A stretch of DNA of 63,309 bases from a virus. Lineage: Duplodnaviria; Caudoviricetes. Below the pieces are notes generated by a model. It searched no databases, was not told the DNA's origin, and was given only the letters and a program-made list of their open reading frames with translations. Position 1 is the stretch's first letter, and each line of letters begins with the position of its first letter. The stretch is taken from IMG/VR virus record IMGVR_UViG_3300006030_000029, positions 1-63,309 of that record, one strand, 5' to 3'. Position numbers and translations under genes: made by a program. Shown in pieces: positions 37,209 through 47,868 of the stretch.

Positions 37209-38700
37209 TCACTGACACGACTCACACTCACCGCCAAGCTGACAAGAAGGCTCGCCAAGAGGCTCGTTTAGATCATCGTCCACACACGGGCATGGACTGG
37301 ATGAGTCGCAGGTTTTGGTTGTTGGTTCATCTTTGTAAGCAACCAAGTAAATAACCTGCGGAGCCGGTGGTGAGTTTTCATTTTGAATCATTGGTTCAGA
37401 GCAAATGACAAAGCTGAACGGGAATCCATAAACCAAGCAAGCTGCGTTTATGGCATCTTTTACCTCGTTTAAGACATTTGTAGGGCTGTTATCAAGATTG
37501 ATAGGTCGTGTGCGGTATGTTGTCATGGGTGTGTTATCGTAACAAGTTGAAAACTTGGCAAGTCTTTCTAAAGCATCGTCACGTTGCTTGGCGAGCAATG
37601 CTGCCACTTCGGTTTGTTCGTTGTATCTTTGTTCCCAGTTCATAGTTTTGAAATTTACCCTCTCCGACATTCCAGACTGGAGGGCCAGTCCCACTAGGTA
37701 ACGCTAATACCTTGGCGTGTGTCGGTCACGGAGTAACCTTACGGTAATTGGTTGAGCTTTGCAAGCGTGGAATACGGCTTTAATTCGCCTTGTTTCCGCG
37801 CCAGATCGTAGCCGCGATCAAATGCCTCGGCGGTGTTCTTGATACGCTCGATGTTGATGTTTCGGTCATATCGAATCCAGATAGGAAACAGAATCAGCAG
37901 CATGGTGGCGGCTCCTGAGACGAAGGCGATGATGAATAGTTCGAGTTCGGGGTTCATTGGACTTGGTTCTTGAGGGTTTCGAGGCAGTTTGGGAATCGAG
38001 ATGGCTGCGCGGCCCATGCGGTGATGATTGCCCGCATGATGCCGTTTTCTGCGGCCAGCCTGTCACGGCCCGGATTGCGGCTCATGTAGTCTTGAAAGAT
38101 GGCATCAAGGGCTGCGGCAGCTTCGTCATAGAGGGAGGTGGTTTTCAGGGGTGTCGGCATTCAGTTATTGCGAGGCGTTTTACTTTGCGTTTGCGAGGCT
38201 TAAAAAAGCCGGGGAGTCGTAGCCTGCGGAGAAGCGAGGCGTCGAGCAGGCACACGGGCTTGTCGAAGGTGATCTGACGGTCTAGGCAATAGCGAGTGGC
38301 CGCGTCGATCTGGATGGATGGGCGGAGTGTCATATTTTGCGAACTGAGTTTTCCGGCAGAACGCCCCAAGTTTCGCCGAACGAGACGCGGATCAGGGATT
38401 TTTCCACTGCGATGACTTCGCCTTCACCGCGAAGAGGATGACGAACGCGGTCGCCTGCTTGGATGTTCTGAGGTTTTTGCGGCTCTTGGGCTTTGAGTAG
38501 AGGTTTCATATTTAGTCATCAGGGTATTTGAGGTCGTCTTGAAGAATATCGGCGCGGCGTTCAGCCTCGTTTTGATCTTCGCAATCTTCGCATAGGTCGC
38601 CGTATTCTTGAACAGATTCGCCGCATTGCTCGCAGGCCGGAGGCTGTTTCAAAGCGTCAATTTCCTTGTCTGAGGGTTCGCCATAGGGTGTGTATCGCAT
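37209..38700 (-). CDS. Cluster of small hypothetical genes (37209-37643, 37739-37957 TM, 37954-38160, 38145-38333, 38512-38700 Zn-finger)
   Basis: Contiguous leftward ORFs, several translationally coupled. Confidence 0.5.
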
Positions 38701-38942
38701 AAGTAACCTTACGTTAATTCAGCGAGGAGTTCAAGAGGTTTGCGGCTCTTTGTTTCGCGGCTCTTAAACCGGCAGGCCGTTGGCGTCACATTCGACAACC
38801 GAGAGCAGGCGCGAGCCGGGGCGATTCCAGCTCTGGCGAACGGCGGCGGCAGACTGGCCGGGAATTGTGATCGTGTAGGAGCGGTAGCCGATGGCGTAGG
38901 AGACGAGGAAACGGGCAGGGGAGCGGGAACGGTTAAACATAG

Positions 38943-38978
38943 AGAGAAAGAAGCCGCCCCCGGTTAAGGGAGCGGCTC
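38943..38978 (-). terminator. Possible intrinsic terminator
   Basis: AGCCGCCCC/GGAGCGGCT stem followed by TCTTTCTCT on the minus strand. Confidence 0.5.
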
Positions 38979-38991
38979 ATGGGTTGATGGT

Positions 38992-39859
38992 TTAGGCTAT
39001 GCCAATGCGGTTAAAATTCGCTTTTGTCCAAGCTACTTTTCTTTTGGCGAGGTGATCGGCGAATTCCGTTTTTGCAATCAGGCCGTTTTTATAAACGCGA
39101 ATCAATCGCGGCCAATTTTCGGCAACGATTCCGAATCGTGTCTTGAGGTCGTGCGTGGTTAAATACCCGGCGCGTATGCCGTAAATTTTACAAGCCACTT
39201 CAATTTCATTCATGTGATTTAATTGTGAAGGTTTACTGCCAGCAAGCCACGAAAGCGGCGAGGGCGGCGATGATGAGCAGGGAGACGAAGCAGAGGCAAA
39301 CAAGGCCCATGCCTTCAAGCGGGTCAAAGTCGGGATTATTCATGGCGGTGGCGTTTGAGGGATTGCCCGCCGCTGGCTTTAAGGCGGGATTGTTGAGAGT
39401 ATGGCGAGCCTTTCGAGATGGACTCAAGGACGCCTTGGAAAAACAAGGCGCCTTGATGATCTTTTGCCCGCTGAGAAGCGGCCAGCATCATTTCAGCCTC
39501 GCCAGCGGTGAAAACGTGAGAAGGCGCCATAATCAAACCTCCCCCTTTCCATCTTTACGGCAGGCGCGAAGCTCCGCAGCCATCGCGGCGCGTTCTTCGT
39601 TGCGTGCGATTTGCTGGCGGTGGGCGGCGCGTTCCTGAGCCGTGGCGAATTGCGAGGGGAGAATTTCAACGCGCAAGCGGGCGGCGAGGGCGTAGAAGTC
39701 TGCCGTTGTCATAGAGCCGAGCGGGACGCGTAGCTGCCCGGCCTCGTCCTCTCGAATCTCGCAGGCTTGCACTTGCCCGGATGGCAGGCGGTCTAGGGAT
39801 AAGCCAACAACGTGGTTAGCGGCGATGTACGCGGCGGGATTTTGTGGAATGTGAATCAT
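38992..39859 (-). CDS. Small early-region hypothetical genes (38992-39213, 39233-39343, 39336-39536, 39533-39859)
   Basis: Leftward ORFs with short pyrimidine-rich spacers. Confidence 0.45.
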
Positions 39860-39981
39860 ATTTCTAGCGGTGTTTTGTGGTTTGGTTTGCCCGTAGTTTT
39901 TCGCGCTGGCAGGGCAGGCCATCGCGAGGCGGTGAAGCCATGACGACGCACGCACGAGGCATGCGCCGTGTATGGGGTCAC

Positions 39982-40950
39982 TTAGTATTTAGGCCGCTCT
40001 TGAAACTTAAATTTCAAACCCTGTGGCAGTTTGGACATTTCAGCCGAGCGCGTGAATTCCTCCCATGCTTCACGGGCCCACAGTTTATCCGTGGTTGTCC
40101 AGTTGGCGCAAATCTCATTAGTGTGAGAATACCAGATGACATTGTGACCGTGGCGAGTTCCGAATGATTCAACAATGAAAACTTCGATTTGCTTCTTGTG
40201 CTCCAATTTAAGGAGCGCCGCCTTATGCTCTTCTTCAATCTCCGCCAGCGCCTTTTGTTTGCGCTCGGCTTTTGCGATAGCGTCACGCTCCGCCACTTGT
40301 TCGGGGGAATAATAACCGGAGGCCCGCTTGTGCTCAATATCGTGCACTTGTTCCGGCTTGAGCGGCTTCCATGTTTCGCGGGTGGCCTTGCTCTCGAATT
40401 CCATCCCCGTCCATTCCTCAAGCTGGCGGATAGCTTCGCGTGCCTCCGCCTTCCATTTTGCGCGAAAGCCGAGCTTTTCGAGGATGTAAGCAAATTCCAT
40501 TTTTGAGCGCGGAGCAAAATCACAGATTGCCGCCAGTTCTGTTTCGTTAGCCCGTAGATGATCGAGCAAAATGCGGCGGCATTCATCCGGCGACTTGCCG
40601 CCTGAGCCGGTGCCACCGTGGCAGGGGCGCAAATCCGTGACGGTTTCGGGAAAGGCTCCCTGAAACCAGTAAAAGCCATTTTCAGCGCCATACATGGGAA
40701 CGCCGTCACAGTTTGAAAGATGCAAGGCCACGAACGGTGCAAGCTCAGGCTTGTGATTCAATATTTCATCATGGCAGCATCCGCAGAAAGTATCGCGCCA
40801 GCGTCCGCTCCCATCTAATTCCTCGCCGTCTGCCGTGATCGAGAAATCCTCGTGACCGTTGCGGCATTCGTCATTTAGGCGAATATTTATCTTCATGCGC
40901 CATCCGGGGTGATAGACGAGAAAGGAGTGTTTAAGCGAATTGGTTTTCAT
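39982..40950 (-). CDS. 322-aa early hypothetical protein
   Basis: Long ORF with 'LNDECRNGHEDFSIT...CGCCHDEI...LHLS..DGVPM', a Cys/His metal-binding pattern. Confidence 0.75.
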   Translation of the reverse strand: MKTNSLKHSFLVYHPGWRMKINIRLNDECRNGHEDFSITADGEELDGSGRWRDTFCGCCHDEILNHKPELAPFVALHLSNCDGVPMYGAENGFYWFQGAFPETVTDLRPCHGGTGSGGKSPDECRRILLDHLRANETELAAICDFAPRSKMEFAYILEKLGFRAKWKAEAREAIRQLEEWTGMEFESKATRETWKPLKPEQVHDIEHKRASGYYSPEQVAERDAIAKAERKQKALAEIEEEHKAALLKLEHKKQIEVFIVESFGTRHGHNVIWYSHTNEICANWTTTDKLWAREAWEEFTRSAEMSKLPQGLKFKFQERPKY

Positions 40951-40975
40951 AGCGTTTAAGTGAGGTTTGAAGGGG

Positions 40976-42351
40976 TTAAGAATGCAGAAGGGCGATTATA
41001 ACGGCGAGTAGAACGGCTCCCGTAGTGAGACAGAAGCCGTTAAAGGTTTGGCGGAGGCGCTTTTCACGGGCGAGGCGTTCAGAGGTGCGGCGGTAATGGG
41101 AGCGGTAGTTGTTTGGATCGTGCATGTTGTGGCGTGGTTTAGTTGTGGGTGGCGAGAAATGAGAGGGCGGACTGGATTTCAGATTGAAGGTGAGCGGCGG
41201 AGACAATCGGCAGGTTTTTGGCGAGTTCCTCCAGAGCTTCCGTCGTCATTTGGCGTTCATAGCCTGAAATCTCCGGGTTGCTTTCGGCGGGGTTGTCGCC
41301 TGCTTTCTCCCAAGTCCCGCCAAGGTAGGCGGAGCCGGTGATTTCCTCGCCGTCATATATGCAGGTTGCGCGGACCTCGCTTTGCCATGCCTGCCAGTCT
41401 TCCGGGTCTTCATCATCGAAACCATCGCAATCCTTGCGAATGTCGTAGTGATCCGGGTCATGCTCCCATAGCGTTAGGATGCAGAGCGAGGGCGCAACTT
41501 TGGCGAGTTGTTTTTGTAGTGCGGTTTTCATTGTTTAGCGTGTTTTTGTGGTTTGTGTTTCTTGTTCATCCTGCCACCAATAGCGGCGGCGAGAAAGTTT
41601 CTGATCCTCGCGGGCTTTAAGCATCGCGGCGCGGTTTGCATCGCATAGCTGGAAGATGCGGGCGAGGGCGGTTTGCGTGTGGGCCTGCTCTTGTGCGGGC
41701 GTCATCATGGAAGCAGGGCCGGAGATTCGCCGGTTTTTGCAAAGTGAATGCGTTGGGCAATCGTGAAATTGCCGTCATGAATGCCGCTTTCGATTTCATC
41801 GGCGAAAGCCATAGCGCGCTCCAGATTTGCGGCTTTTTGGGCCTCTGTTACATGATTGGCGTATTCGTCAGCCTCGCGAATTTTGCGGGCATTTTCGCGC
41901 CATTGTGCGGCTACGATAAGTCGGGCGTTTTTAGTGGTCATATTTTGGCGGGGTTGAGGTTAAAGAATGGCGAACAGGAACGGAAGGGAGGTGACAAGGG
42001 CGAGGATTAGGAGCGTTCCGGCGATGAGGCGGGCGGCCTCTAGGAGGCTGGCGCGGAGGCGGTGGCGTTGGGAAGTGGTCATTTTGGGCGAGGGGTGAGG
42101 GGGGGTTAAGCGATAAGCTCGGGACGATTCGCGTAATAAAGAAGATCGTTCCAGCGACGCTTCAGCGTGGAGCGGTCGCGCTTGCCGCTGGAGATGGCTA
42201 GGCGAGCTTGGCGACGGAAGAAGGCAGGTGAGTTACTGCTGGAGGTTTTAGCGAAGGCTCGATTGATTCGAGCGCACTCCAAAGCGCGAGTAATGGAGGC
42301 TTGGAGGACCTCAACTTCGTGTGCAATGTAGTTTAGTTCGTTGTGCGTCAT
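40976..42351 (-). CDS. Early genes (40976-41125 TM, 41139-41531, 41705-41941, 42106-42351)
   Basis: Leftward ORFs downstream of the promoter at 42380-42408. Confidence 0.55.
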
Positions 42352-42379
42352 ATAGTGAGCCGTTGGTTAACGGTGGCAT

Positions 42380-42408
42380 AGGTTAGCATAACACTACATA
42401 GTAGTCAA
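42380..42408 (-). promoter_or_regulatory. Sigma70-like early promoter
   Basis: TTGACT-N17-TAACCT with TG extension and an AT-rich UP-like tract at about 42420-42440. Confidence 0.65.
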
Positions 42409-42468
42409 TAGCGGGCGCGCATTATTTTCATTTTATTTTTCGGGATGGTGGGCGTAAGGGTCGAGGAT

Positions 42469-42972
42469 ATGGCAAATACTCCAGTTTTGAGCCCTGAATC
42501 ATGGGAGGCTTTAAAAGCCGCCAGCATTCGGGGGGTAAGTGATAAGCAGCTTAGCGAGGCGTTCGGCGTAGCTGAGGAGACGATCCGCACAAAGCGGTTC
42601 AGGGATGAGGTATGGAAAAAGGCGAGTGAGCAGGTGGTTATTTGCCAAGATAAGCAAATTGAAACGGAGATTGAAACGAAAGAGCCGGAAAGGGCCGAAT
42701 TGGCGCAGAAAACCGCTGCAACGATACAGGAGGCCATTGCGGGCGGGAAGCTGCAAAACGAGCTGCTCTTGCTCAAACTGGCAGGAAACGGCCTCAAATC
42801 GGCGGAGGGGAATCTACCCCAAGTTAAAGCATGGGCGGACATCAAAGCCATTGCCGACATTGTCTCGAAGATCGGCCCGCAAGCCTCAACAGCTGTTCAG
42901 GTGAACGTCCTCACAGACGCGCCAGCGAGCGTGGAACATTTCGAATTCCCTACTTTCGAGGCTGATGACTAG
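42469..42972 (+). CDS. Putative terminase small subunit
   Basis: N-terminal HTH 'GVSDKQLSEAFGVAEETIR', helical core, C-terminal 'VQVNV' strand; GAGG upstream. Confidence 0.55.
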   Translation: MANTPVLSPESWEALKAASIRGVSDKQLSEAFGVAEETIRTKRFRDEVWKKASEQVVICQDKQIETEIETKEPERAELAQKTAATIQEAIAGGKLQNELLLLKLAGNGLKSAEGNLPQVKAWADIKAIADIVSKIGPQASTAVQVNVLTDAPASVEHFEFPTFEADD

Positions 42973-43228
42973 GTTTTCGTTGAGTATCAAGGAAAACTAA
43001 GTCCCGCTTAGTGCCGTTGTCTGGATATGCCGGACTAGTCATATTTCATTTTGCACTTGTTAGCGGGACTTGGCGCTCGATCTGTAGCTGGACAAGGCAA
43101 GGCGGGGCCGCTGTAGGGCGTGGCGTGGCAGGGGGGGTAGCCCACGGGGCGGGAGGCGTGCCGGGTCGCGGGCCGACGCCCCTTCAATCGCGTATAGATG
43201 AACCTCACTCAAATTTCCCCTCCAAGAT

Positions 43229-43272
43229 AACTTATCTAATTCCTTGCCAACTCCCCTCTCCCGCACTAGACT
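43229..43272 (+). promoter_or_regulatory. Sigma70-like promoter with AACTTATC box
   Basis: AACTTATCTAATT, then TTGCCA-N17-TAGACT. Confidence 0.6.
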
Positions 43273-43287
43273 TGTTTAGTTACTGAT

Positions 43288-43983
43288 ATGACAGAAGAAA
43301 CTGACTCTCCTCCAACGCGCTACCACGACCTGACAGGCCAAGTCTTCTCCCGCCTGACAGTCCTGTCCTACGCAGGCCGAGCTTCCCACGACTCCCTGTG
43401 GCTGTGCCGGTGCTCCTGCGGGAAGGAGCGGAAGGTTCGCTACTCTGGCCTCACAAGGGGCAAATCCACGTCCTGTGGCTGCTACCGGCGTGAAGTCCAT
43501 GCCAAGCGTCGTGAGCGTCCAGAAGGCCATCAGCGCACGAACAAGAACCCTCTTTGCCGCATCTACTACTCGATGCTCACCCGCTGCTACAACCATCGCA
43601 ATCCGAGCTACCGCAACTACGGGATGAAGGGCGTTGAGATATGCCAGCGTTGGCTGGACAGCTTTGATGCGTTTGTGGATGACATGGGGCCGCGTCCTGA
43701 TGATGGCGCTTCAATCGACCGCATTGACGTGAATGGCGACTACACTCCCGAGAACTGCCGCTGGGCCAGCCGATTTGTTCAAGCTGCCAATACCAAGCGT
43801 GTTCTCAAGTTTGATTGGAAGGGCGAACAGCTTTGCCTGACGGAAATCTGCCGCCGTGAGAACGTGAGCTACCACTCAGTTTACTTCACATGGCGGAAAT
43901 ACGACTCGCTGGAAAGCTGCATCGAAACCCTCCGGTCCAAAGGCAAAACCTTCAAGGAGCGGGCCAATCTACCTCAGAAATAA
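43288..43983 (+). CDS. HNH homing endonuclease with N-terminal 'F.RLTV..WLCRC.CG..SCGC' module
   Basis: 'RCYN.....Y.NYG..G...C.RW..F..F..DMG.RP...SIDRID.NG.Y.PENCRWA....QA.N'. Confidence 0.85.
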   Translation: MTEETDSPPTRYHDLTGQVFSRLTVLSYAGRASHDSLWLCRCSCGKERKVRYSGLTRGKSTSCGCYRREVHAKRRERPEGHQRTNKNPLCRIYYSMLTRCYNHRNPSYRNYGMKGVEICQRWLDSFDAFVDDMGPRPDDGASIDRIDVNGDYTPENCRWASRFVQAANTKRVLKFDWKGEQLCLTEICRRENVSYHSVYFTWRKYDSLESCIETLRSKGKTFKERANLPQK

Positions 43984-44027
43984 CTTATCCATTTCCTCTT
44001 GCCATCCATCCACCGGCAGAGTAGAGT
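43982..44027 (+). promoter_or_regulatory. Sigma70-like promoter with AACTTATC box
   Basis: AACTTATCCATTT, then TTGCCA(43999)-N17-TAGAGT. Confidence 0.6.
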
Positions 44028-44037
44028 TACTTTCGAT

Positions 44038-44517
44038 ATGAACACCGCAAACCCCGAAAACGTCCCTCTCGATAAAATCCCCGCTGGCTGGAGGCTGCTT
44101 TATGCCAATGAATACGAAAATGATAAAGTCCTGTGCCGCGTGTGGGATTGTGGCCGATTTACAGAAGTCCAGCTTCGGGCAAACTACCGCAAATACACCT
44201 ACATCACCCCCGACCTACCCGACAACGGCCAGCCTTGGCATGCTCACAAGCCGGGTGATCCTGCGCCTGTGGGAAAAGGGGTGAAGACAGATGTGGTCTG
44301 GCGGAATGGAAACGTTGTGTATGGCGCTTTGGACACAGACTGGAGCAACAATCCACCAAACGAAGCCGACATCCTATTCTACCGCCTCCACGACCCCGCT
44401 CCCATGAAGACCGAGTATCAGCAATCCACCTCCGACCGCATCCTTTCCATCCTCATTGCAGCAGGCCACATCACCGAGGAGCAGGTGGAGCAGGCGCGTA
44501 AACTTGTGAAGCCATGA
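44038..44517 (+). CDS. Modular Trp/Pro-rich protein
   Basis: 'IPAGWRLL' and 'WHAHKPGDPAP...DILFYR' modules shared with 27636-28907. Confidence 0.65.
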   Translation: MNTANPENVPLDKIPAGWRLLYANEYENDKVLCRVWDCGRFTEVQLRANYRKYTYITPDLPDNGQPWHAHKPGDPAPVGKGVKTDVVWRNGNVVYGALDTDWSNNPPNEADILFYRLHDPAPMKTEYQQSTSDRILSILIAAGHITEEQVEQARKLVKP

Positions 44518-44696
44518 ACTCAACCGCCTTCTACATCTCATCCATCTACCTTTGTTCTGTCGTCGCCTTCTGCACAGCCCAGCTTTGCCAGCGATGGCCC
44601 GACAAGATGCCCAAGTGGATCATGTATGCCACGGCACCTGCTGCCCTAATCAGCATGGGCGTCATCATTGGATGCGCCATCTCACAATCCAAGTAA
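44514..44696 (+). CDS. Small two-TM protein
   Basis: Two hydrophobic segments; ATGA-coupled. Confidence 0.5.
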   Translation: MNSTAFYISSIYLCSVVAFCTAQLCQRWPDKMPKWIMYATAPAALISMGVIIGCAISQSK

Positions 44697-44701
44697 CCCC
44701 A

Positions 44702-44914
44702 ATGGGCCGCACCTCCAAATCCCTCATCGGCAACCGCTACGGCAAGCTGCTCGTCACCGAGTTCATCGGCCGCAACGACCATCAAAACTCCCGCTGGTTC
44801 TGTGTCTGCGACTGCGGAGGCACCACCGAGGTCATGTATCAGAACCTCATCCAAGGGAAGGTGAAGTCCTGCGGGTGTATGAAGAGGGGTAGAAAACCTC
44901 CAGCTTCCACTTGA
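44702..44914 (+). CDS. Stand-alone HNH-associated Zn-ribbon module
   Basis: 'LIGNRYGKLLV...WFCVCDCG...SCGC', with no nuclease domain. Confidence 0.7.
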   Translation: MGRTSKSLIGNRYGKLLVTEFIGRNDHQNSRWFCVCDCGGTTEVMYQNLIQGKVKSCGCMKRGRKPPAST

Positions 44915-44939
44915 AACTTATCCAATTAGCGAGTAGCGT
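44911..44939 (+). promoter_or_regulatory. Sigma70-like promoter containing an AACTTATC box
   Basis: TTGAAA-N17-TAGCGT with AACTTATCCAATT at 44915-44927. Confidence 0.5.
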
Positions 44940-44951
44940 TACCACCTCAAT

Positions 44952-45610
44952 ATGACACACCACGATATGAACACCCCAACACCCGACTACGGCGAGCCGT
45001 GGTCTATTCAAGAAGGCCATCTTTCCACAAGCCTGTTTGATGGCAAAGGAGCCTACTTTGCCGACATCCATGAGCTTGTTGGTGAGGATAGCTCTGTTGC
45101 ATGGGCTAAAGCGGAGCGCATCATCGCCTGCGTCAACGCCTGCTCCAAAATGGCTGACCCGGCGAAGGAGATTGCCAGCCTCCGGGGCGAACGTGACTGC
45201 CTCAACCGCGAGCTTTCCGACATCTGCCGCGTTGCCGATGCTCACACCGCTGACGAGGCATGCGAGGTGATTCGAGCCATGCGCGAGGCGATCCGGGAGG
45301 CGCATACAGCTCTTGATGGCTGTCTAAAATACATGCTCGGCGTGTCAGTTTGCAATCTAGACTTGGAATGCGAAACAATGGACGCCGCCCATCATGCCCT
45401 CGCCAAACTCAAACCCTTCATCAAATGAACTCAGCCCACGCATCCCTTCTTCAATGGCTTCAGGAGAATCCTAAGCACAACATCATTACAATGGCACCGA
45501 TCAAGAATTATCCATACTGGACCCTTCAAGCCCCATTAGCTGGCTTGATTTGCAGCGCAACCTCCTACGAAGCCGCCTGCTACGACCTTCTCCAGCAACT
45601 CAAGAAATGA
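44952..45610 (+). CDS. Two hypothetical genes (44952-45428; 45425-45610)
   Basis: 'PW...AERIIACVNAC' phage motif in the first; ATGA coupling. Confidence 0.6.
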
Positions 45611-45724
45611 AACCCCTCCTAGCCGCCTGCCTCCTTCTGGCCTCATGCCAGAGTAAGGAACAACCCACCTTCCGCGACTACCTCGACCTGTGGTTTGTCG
45701 TGCCTGAGAATCCTTTTGAGCCCC

Positions 45725-45991
45725 ATGACACACATCCAGACCAAGACGATTATTGACCTATTCTTCGCAATGGAGAACAACATCCGCTCCGCCTCAACAG
45801 TCGCTGCCTTGGCAGTGATTGCCGAAATGGGCCAAGCCACCATCTACGACGTGGCAGACAGGCTGAAGCTCTCACGGGAGACGGCAAACAACACCCTCAA
45901 AGCCCTTGTTGGGGCTGGATTTCTCACAGTTGAGAAAGGATCGGAGGGATTCCACGGAGCCAAGCGCAACATTTACCGGATTAAGGCATGA
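45725..45991 (+). CDS. Winged-HTH regulator
   Basis: 'ATIYDVADRLKLSRETANNTLKALVGAGFL'. Confidence 0.75.
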   Translation: MTHIQTKTIIDLFFAMENNIRSASTVAALAVIAEMGQATIYDVADRLKLSRETANNTLKALVGAGFLTVEKGSEGFHGAKRNIYRIKA

Positions 45992-46641
45992 GTAACACAC
46001 CCACACCACCCGCAGGATACAAGCTCGTCAAAGGAGAGGACATCAAGGACTGCGTGCCGGAAGGGGCGCTAATCTGGTCGTCTTCGCAATGTCTTGAGGA
46101 TAGTCCAGAATGGGTTCCTTCCGGTCGCATTGGCGGTCAGCTTTATGGCTTTGAGGTAAAATCCCTCTACGCCATCCCGGAAACCAAGCCTGAGCCTGTC
46201 ATTCCCGAAGTAGGTCCGCAGCCTCCCGAAGGCTACGTTTTGAGGCATCGAAGCGAGATGCCGGAGGATTTGCCAGATTACTATATGTCTTGGCCTGCTA
46301 CTTGTTCCGAGTGGTATGTATCCACTGCTAAAAAATTGAGTGCATTTACACCCGAAGATGTCTGGTTCGCCGTCAAAGCCAATGACGCCAAGGTTCATCA
46401 AGACCTGCACGTCGAGGCCATCGAGTCCTGCAACCCTCTCTCCCAGCAAGAAGGCGGCGACCACTACAAGGGGCTTGCCATTCAGCCGGTCGAGTTCATT
46501 CAGGCCAACAAGCTGTCGTTTCTGGAGGGGTGTGTAGTAAAGCGCGTCTGCCGCCACCGGGCGAAGAACAAGGCCGAGGACATCCGCAAGGCCATCCATG
46601 AGCTTAGGCTGATTCTGAAGCTGGAGTATGGGGAGGACTAG
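45988..46641 (+). CDS. DUF3310 (T7 gp1.7-like nucleotide kinase) with two N-terminal PPxGY modules
   Basis: 'QEGGDHY...IQPVEFI..N.L.F.EG.VVK.V.R...K...EDI.KA'. Confidence 0.75.
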   Translation: MSNTPTPPAGYKLVKGEDIKDCVPEGALIWSSSQCLEDSPEWVPSGRIGGQLYGFEVKSLYAIPETKPEPVIPEVGPQPPEGYVLRHRSEMPEDLPDYYMSWPATCSEWYVSTAKKLSAFTPEDVWFAVKANDAKVHQDLHVEAIESCNPLSQQEGGDHYKGLAIQPVEFIQANKLSFLEGCVVKRVCRHRAKNKAEDIRKAIHELRLILKLEYGED

Positions 46642-46756
46642 AAAGAAAAAATGTTATAGGCTTTAAAAGGGCTTAATAAGAGAACACAGAATAGGGCTTC
46701 TTAAGCCTATAAACAAATCTCTTGACAGAAACAACTTTGTATGCAACTGATGTCAG

Positions 46757-47482
46757 ATGTCTAAGAAATACTACATGCCGAATCACCTTCTGGAACTCGG
46801 TGACATGCCGATGCACCAAAAGATGCTTCACATGATTCTGTGGGAAAGGGCTGACTGCATCGGTTTTGCCAAGATCAACTGGGAGATTTTCTCCGGCATG
46901 GCTGGACGCTACTCGTTCTGCCACAAGGACATTGCTGAACTCCACCCTTGGGTATGGCCTCATGGCGTTGGGGAGGTGTTTCTACCCAACTACCTCAAGA
47001 TTCAGACGCCAACCCTGTCCAAGACCTCTCGAAGCTGTGGCAAAATTTGGGATGAGTTAAAGAATCGGTTTGGAGCCACCCGAGAAAACACCGCTCCATA
47101 CCTTCTCTTTTTGAAGGATAAGGGATTTCGTCATCTGGCCCCTGACATCCCCGACGAGTATTCTGGCGAAGGACCGAAGCCCACTTGGTATGTCAAGCAT
47201 GAGGAAAGGCTCAAAAAGGCGCAGGAATACCCAGAACCGTCTTGGCAGGATGAGTTGCTGACAGGCTACCGCAGACTACTTGATAACTACATAAGTCGGG
47301 CTAAGAATATCACCTCGAAGTCAGATGCCGAGCATGAGTTCTACTTGGACGCCAAAAGAATTGAGAATGTCCAGTCTCAAATCCAGCAAATGATAAACGA
47401 CGGAATTGGGGAAAGAATCATCATTCAGCAGATCAACCAAGCTATCGACAAAAACCGCCTGTTTGTTTACACACCACGATGA
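46757..47482 (+). CDS. Paralogue of the replication-initiator N-terminal domain
   Basis: Aligns by eye with the N-terminus of 30703-31791. Confidence 0.55.
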   Translation: MSKKYYMPNHLLELGDMPMHQKMLHMILWERADCIGFAKINWEIFSGMAGRYSFCHKDIAELHPWVWPHGVGEVFLPNYLKIQTPTLSKTSRSCGKIWDELKNRFGATRENTAPYLLFLKDKGFRHLAPDIPDEYSGEGPKPTWYVKHEERLKKAQEYPEPSWQDELLTGYRRLLDNYISRAKNITSKSDAEHEFYLDAKRIENVQSQIQQMINDGIGERIIIQQINQAIDKNRLFVYTPR

Positions 47483-47802
47483 AACTAGAATTTATTGAAA
47501 AAACCAACATACCAACGGCTCTTAACATTAAGGATGCGTGGTCTTTGCGAGATGAAGCTGATGAACTTAATTATCAAAGCCAACAAACTTTGCGCCAAGC
47601 TATGAAGGAAATGCGTGGTCGCATGGGGCTGAGTGCCAACAGCTTCGGCAAGCTCTGCGGCGTCACCCCTCAATACATCTTTGCCTTGGAGGCTGGACGA
47701 GCTAAATGGAACGACCGCATGATCCTCAAGCTGGAAAATAGCCTGAGCCAAAAAGAAGCCGCCTTGGCGTCCGAAGACCTCCAAAGCGGCTCAGAGGCGT
47801 AA
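47479..47802 (+). CDS. XRE-family HTH protein
   Basis: 'MRGRMGLSANSFGKLCGVTPQYIFALEAGR'. Confidence 0.75.
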   Translation: MKLEFIEKTNIPTALNIKDAWSLRDEADELNYQSQQTLRQAMKEMRGRMGLSANSFGKLCGVTPQYIFALEAGRAKWNDRMILKLENSLSQKEAALASEDLQSGSEA

Positions 47803-47868
47803 ATTGCCTGTGTTAGTGCGTAAATGTTTACATCTGTTTACGCTGGAGTCAATTTATAGCCTATGCGC

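Noticed and set aside
43999-44037. TTG start for the 43999-44517 ORF
   Set aside because: The TTG is the -35 box of a promoter; ATG 44038 is preferred.
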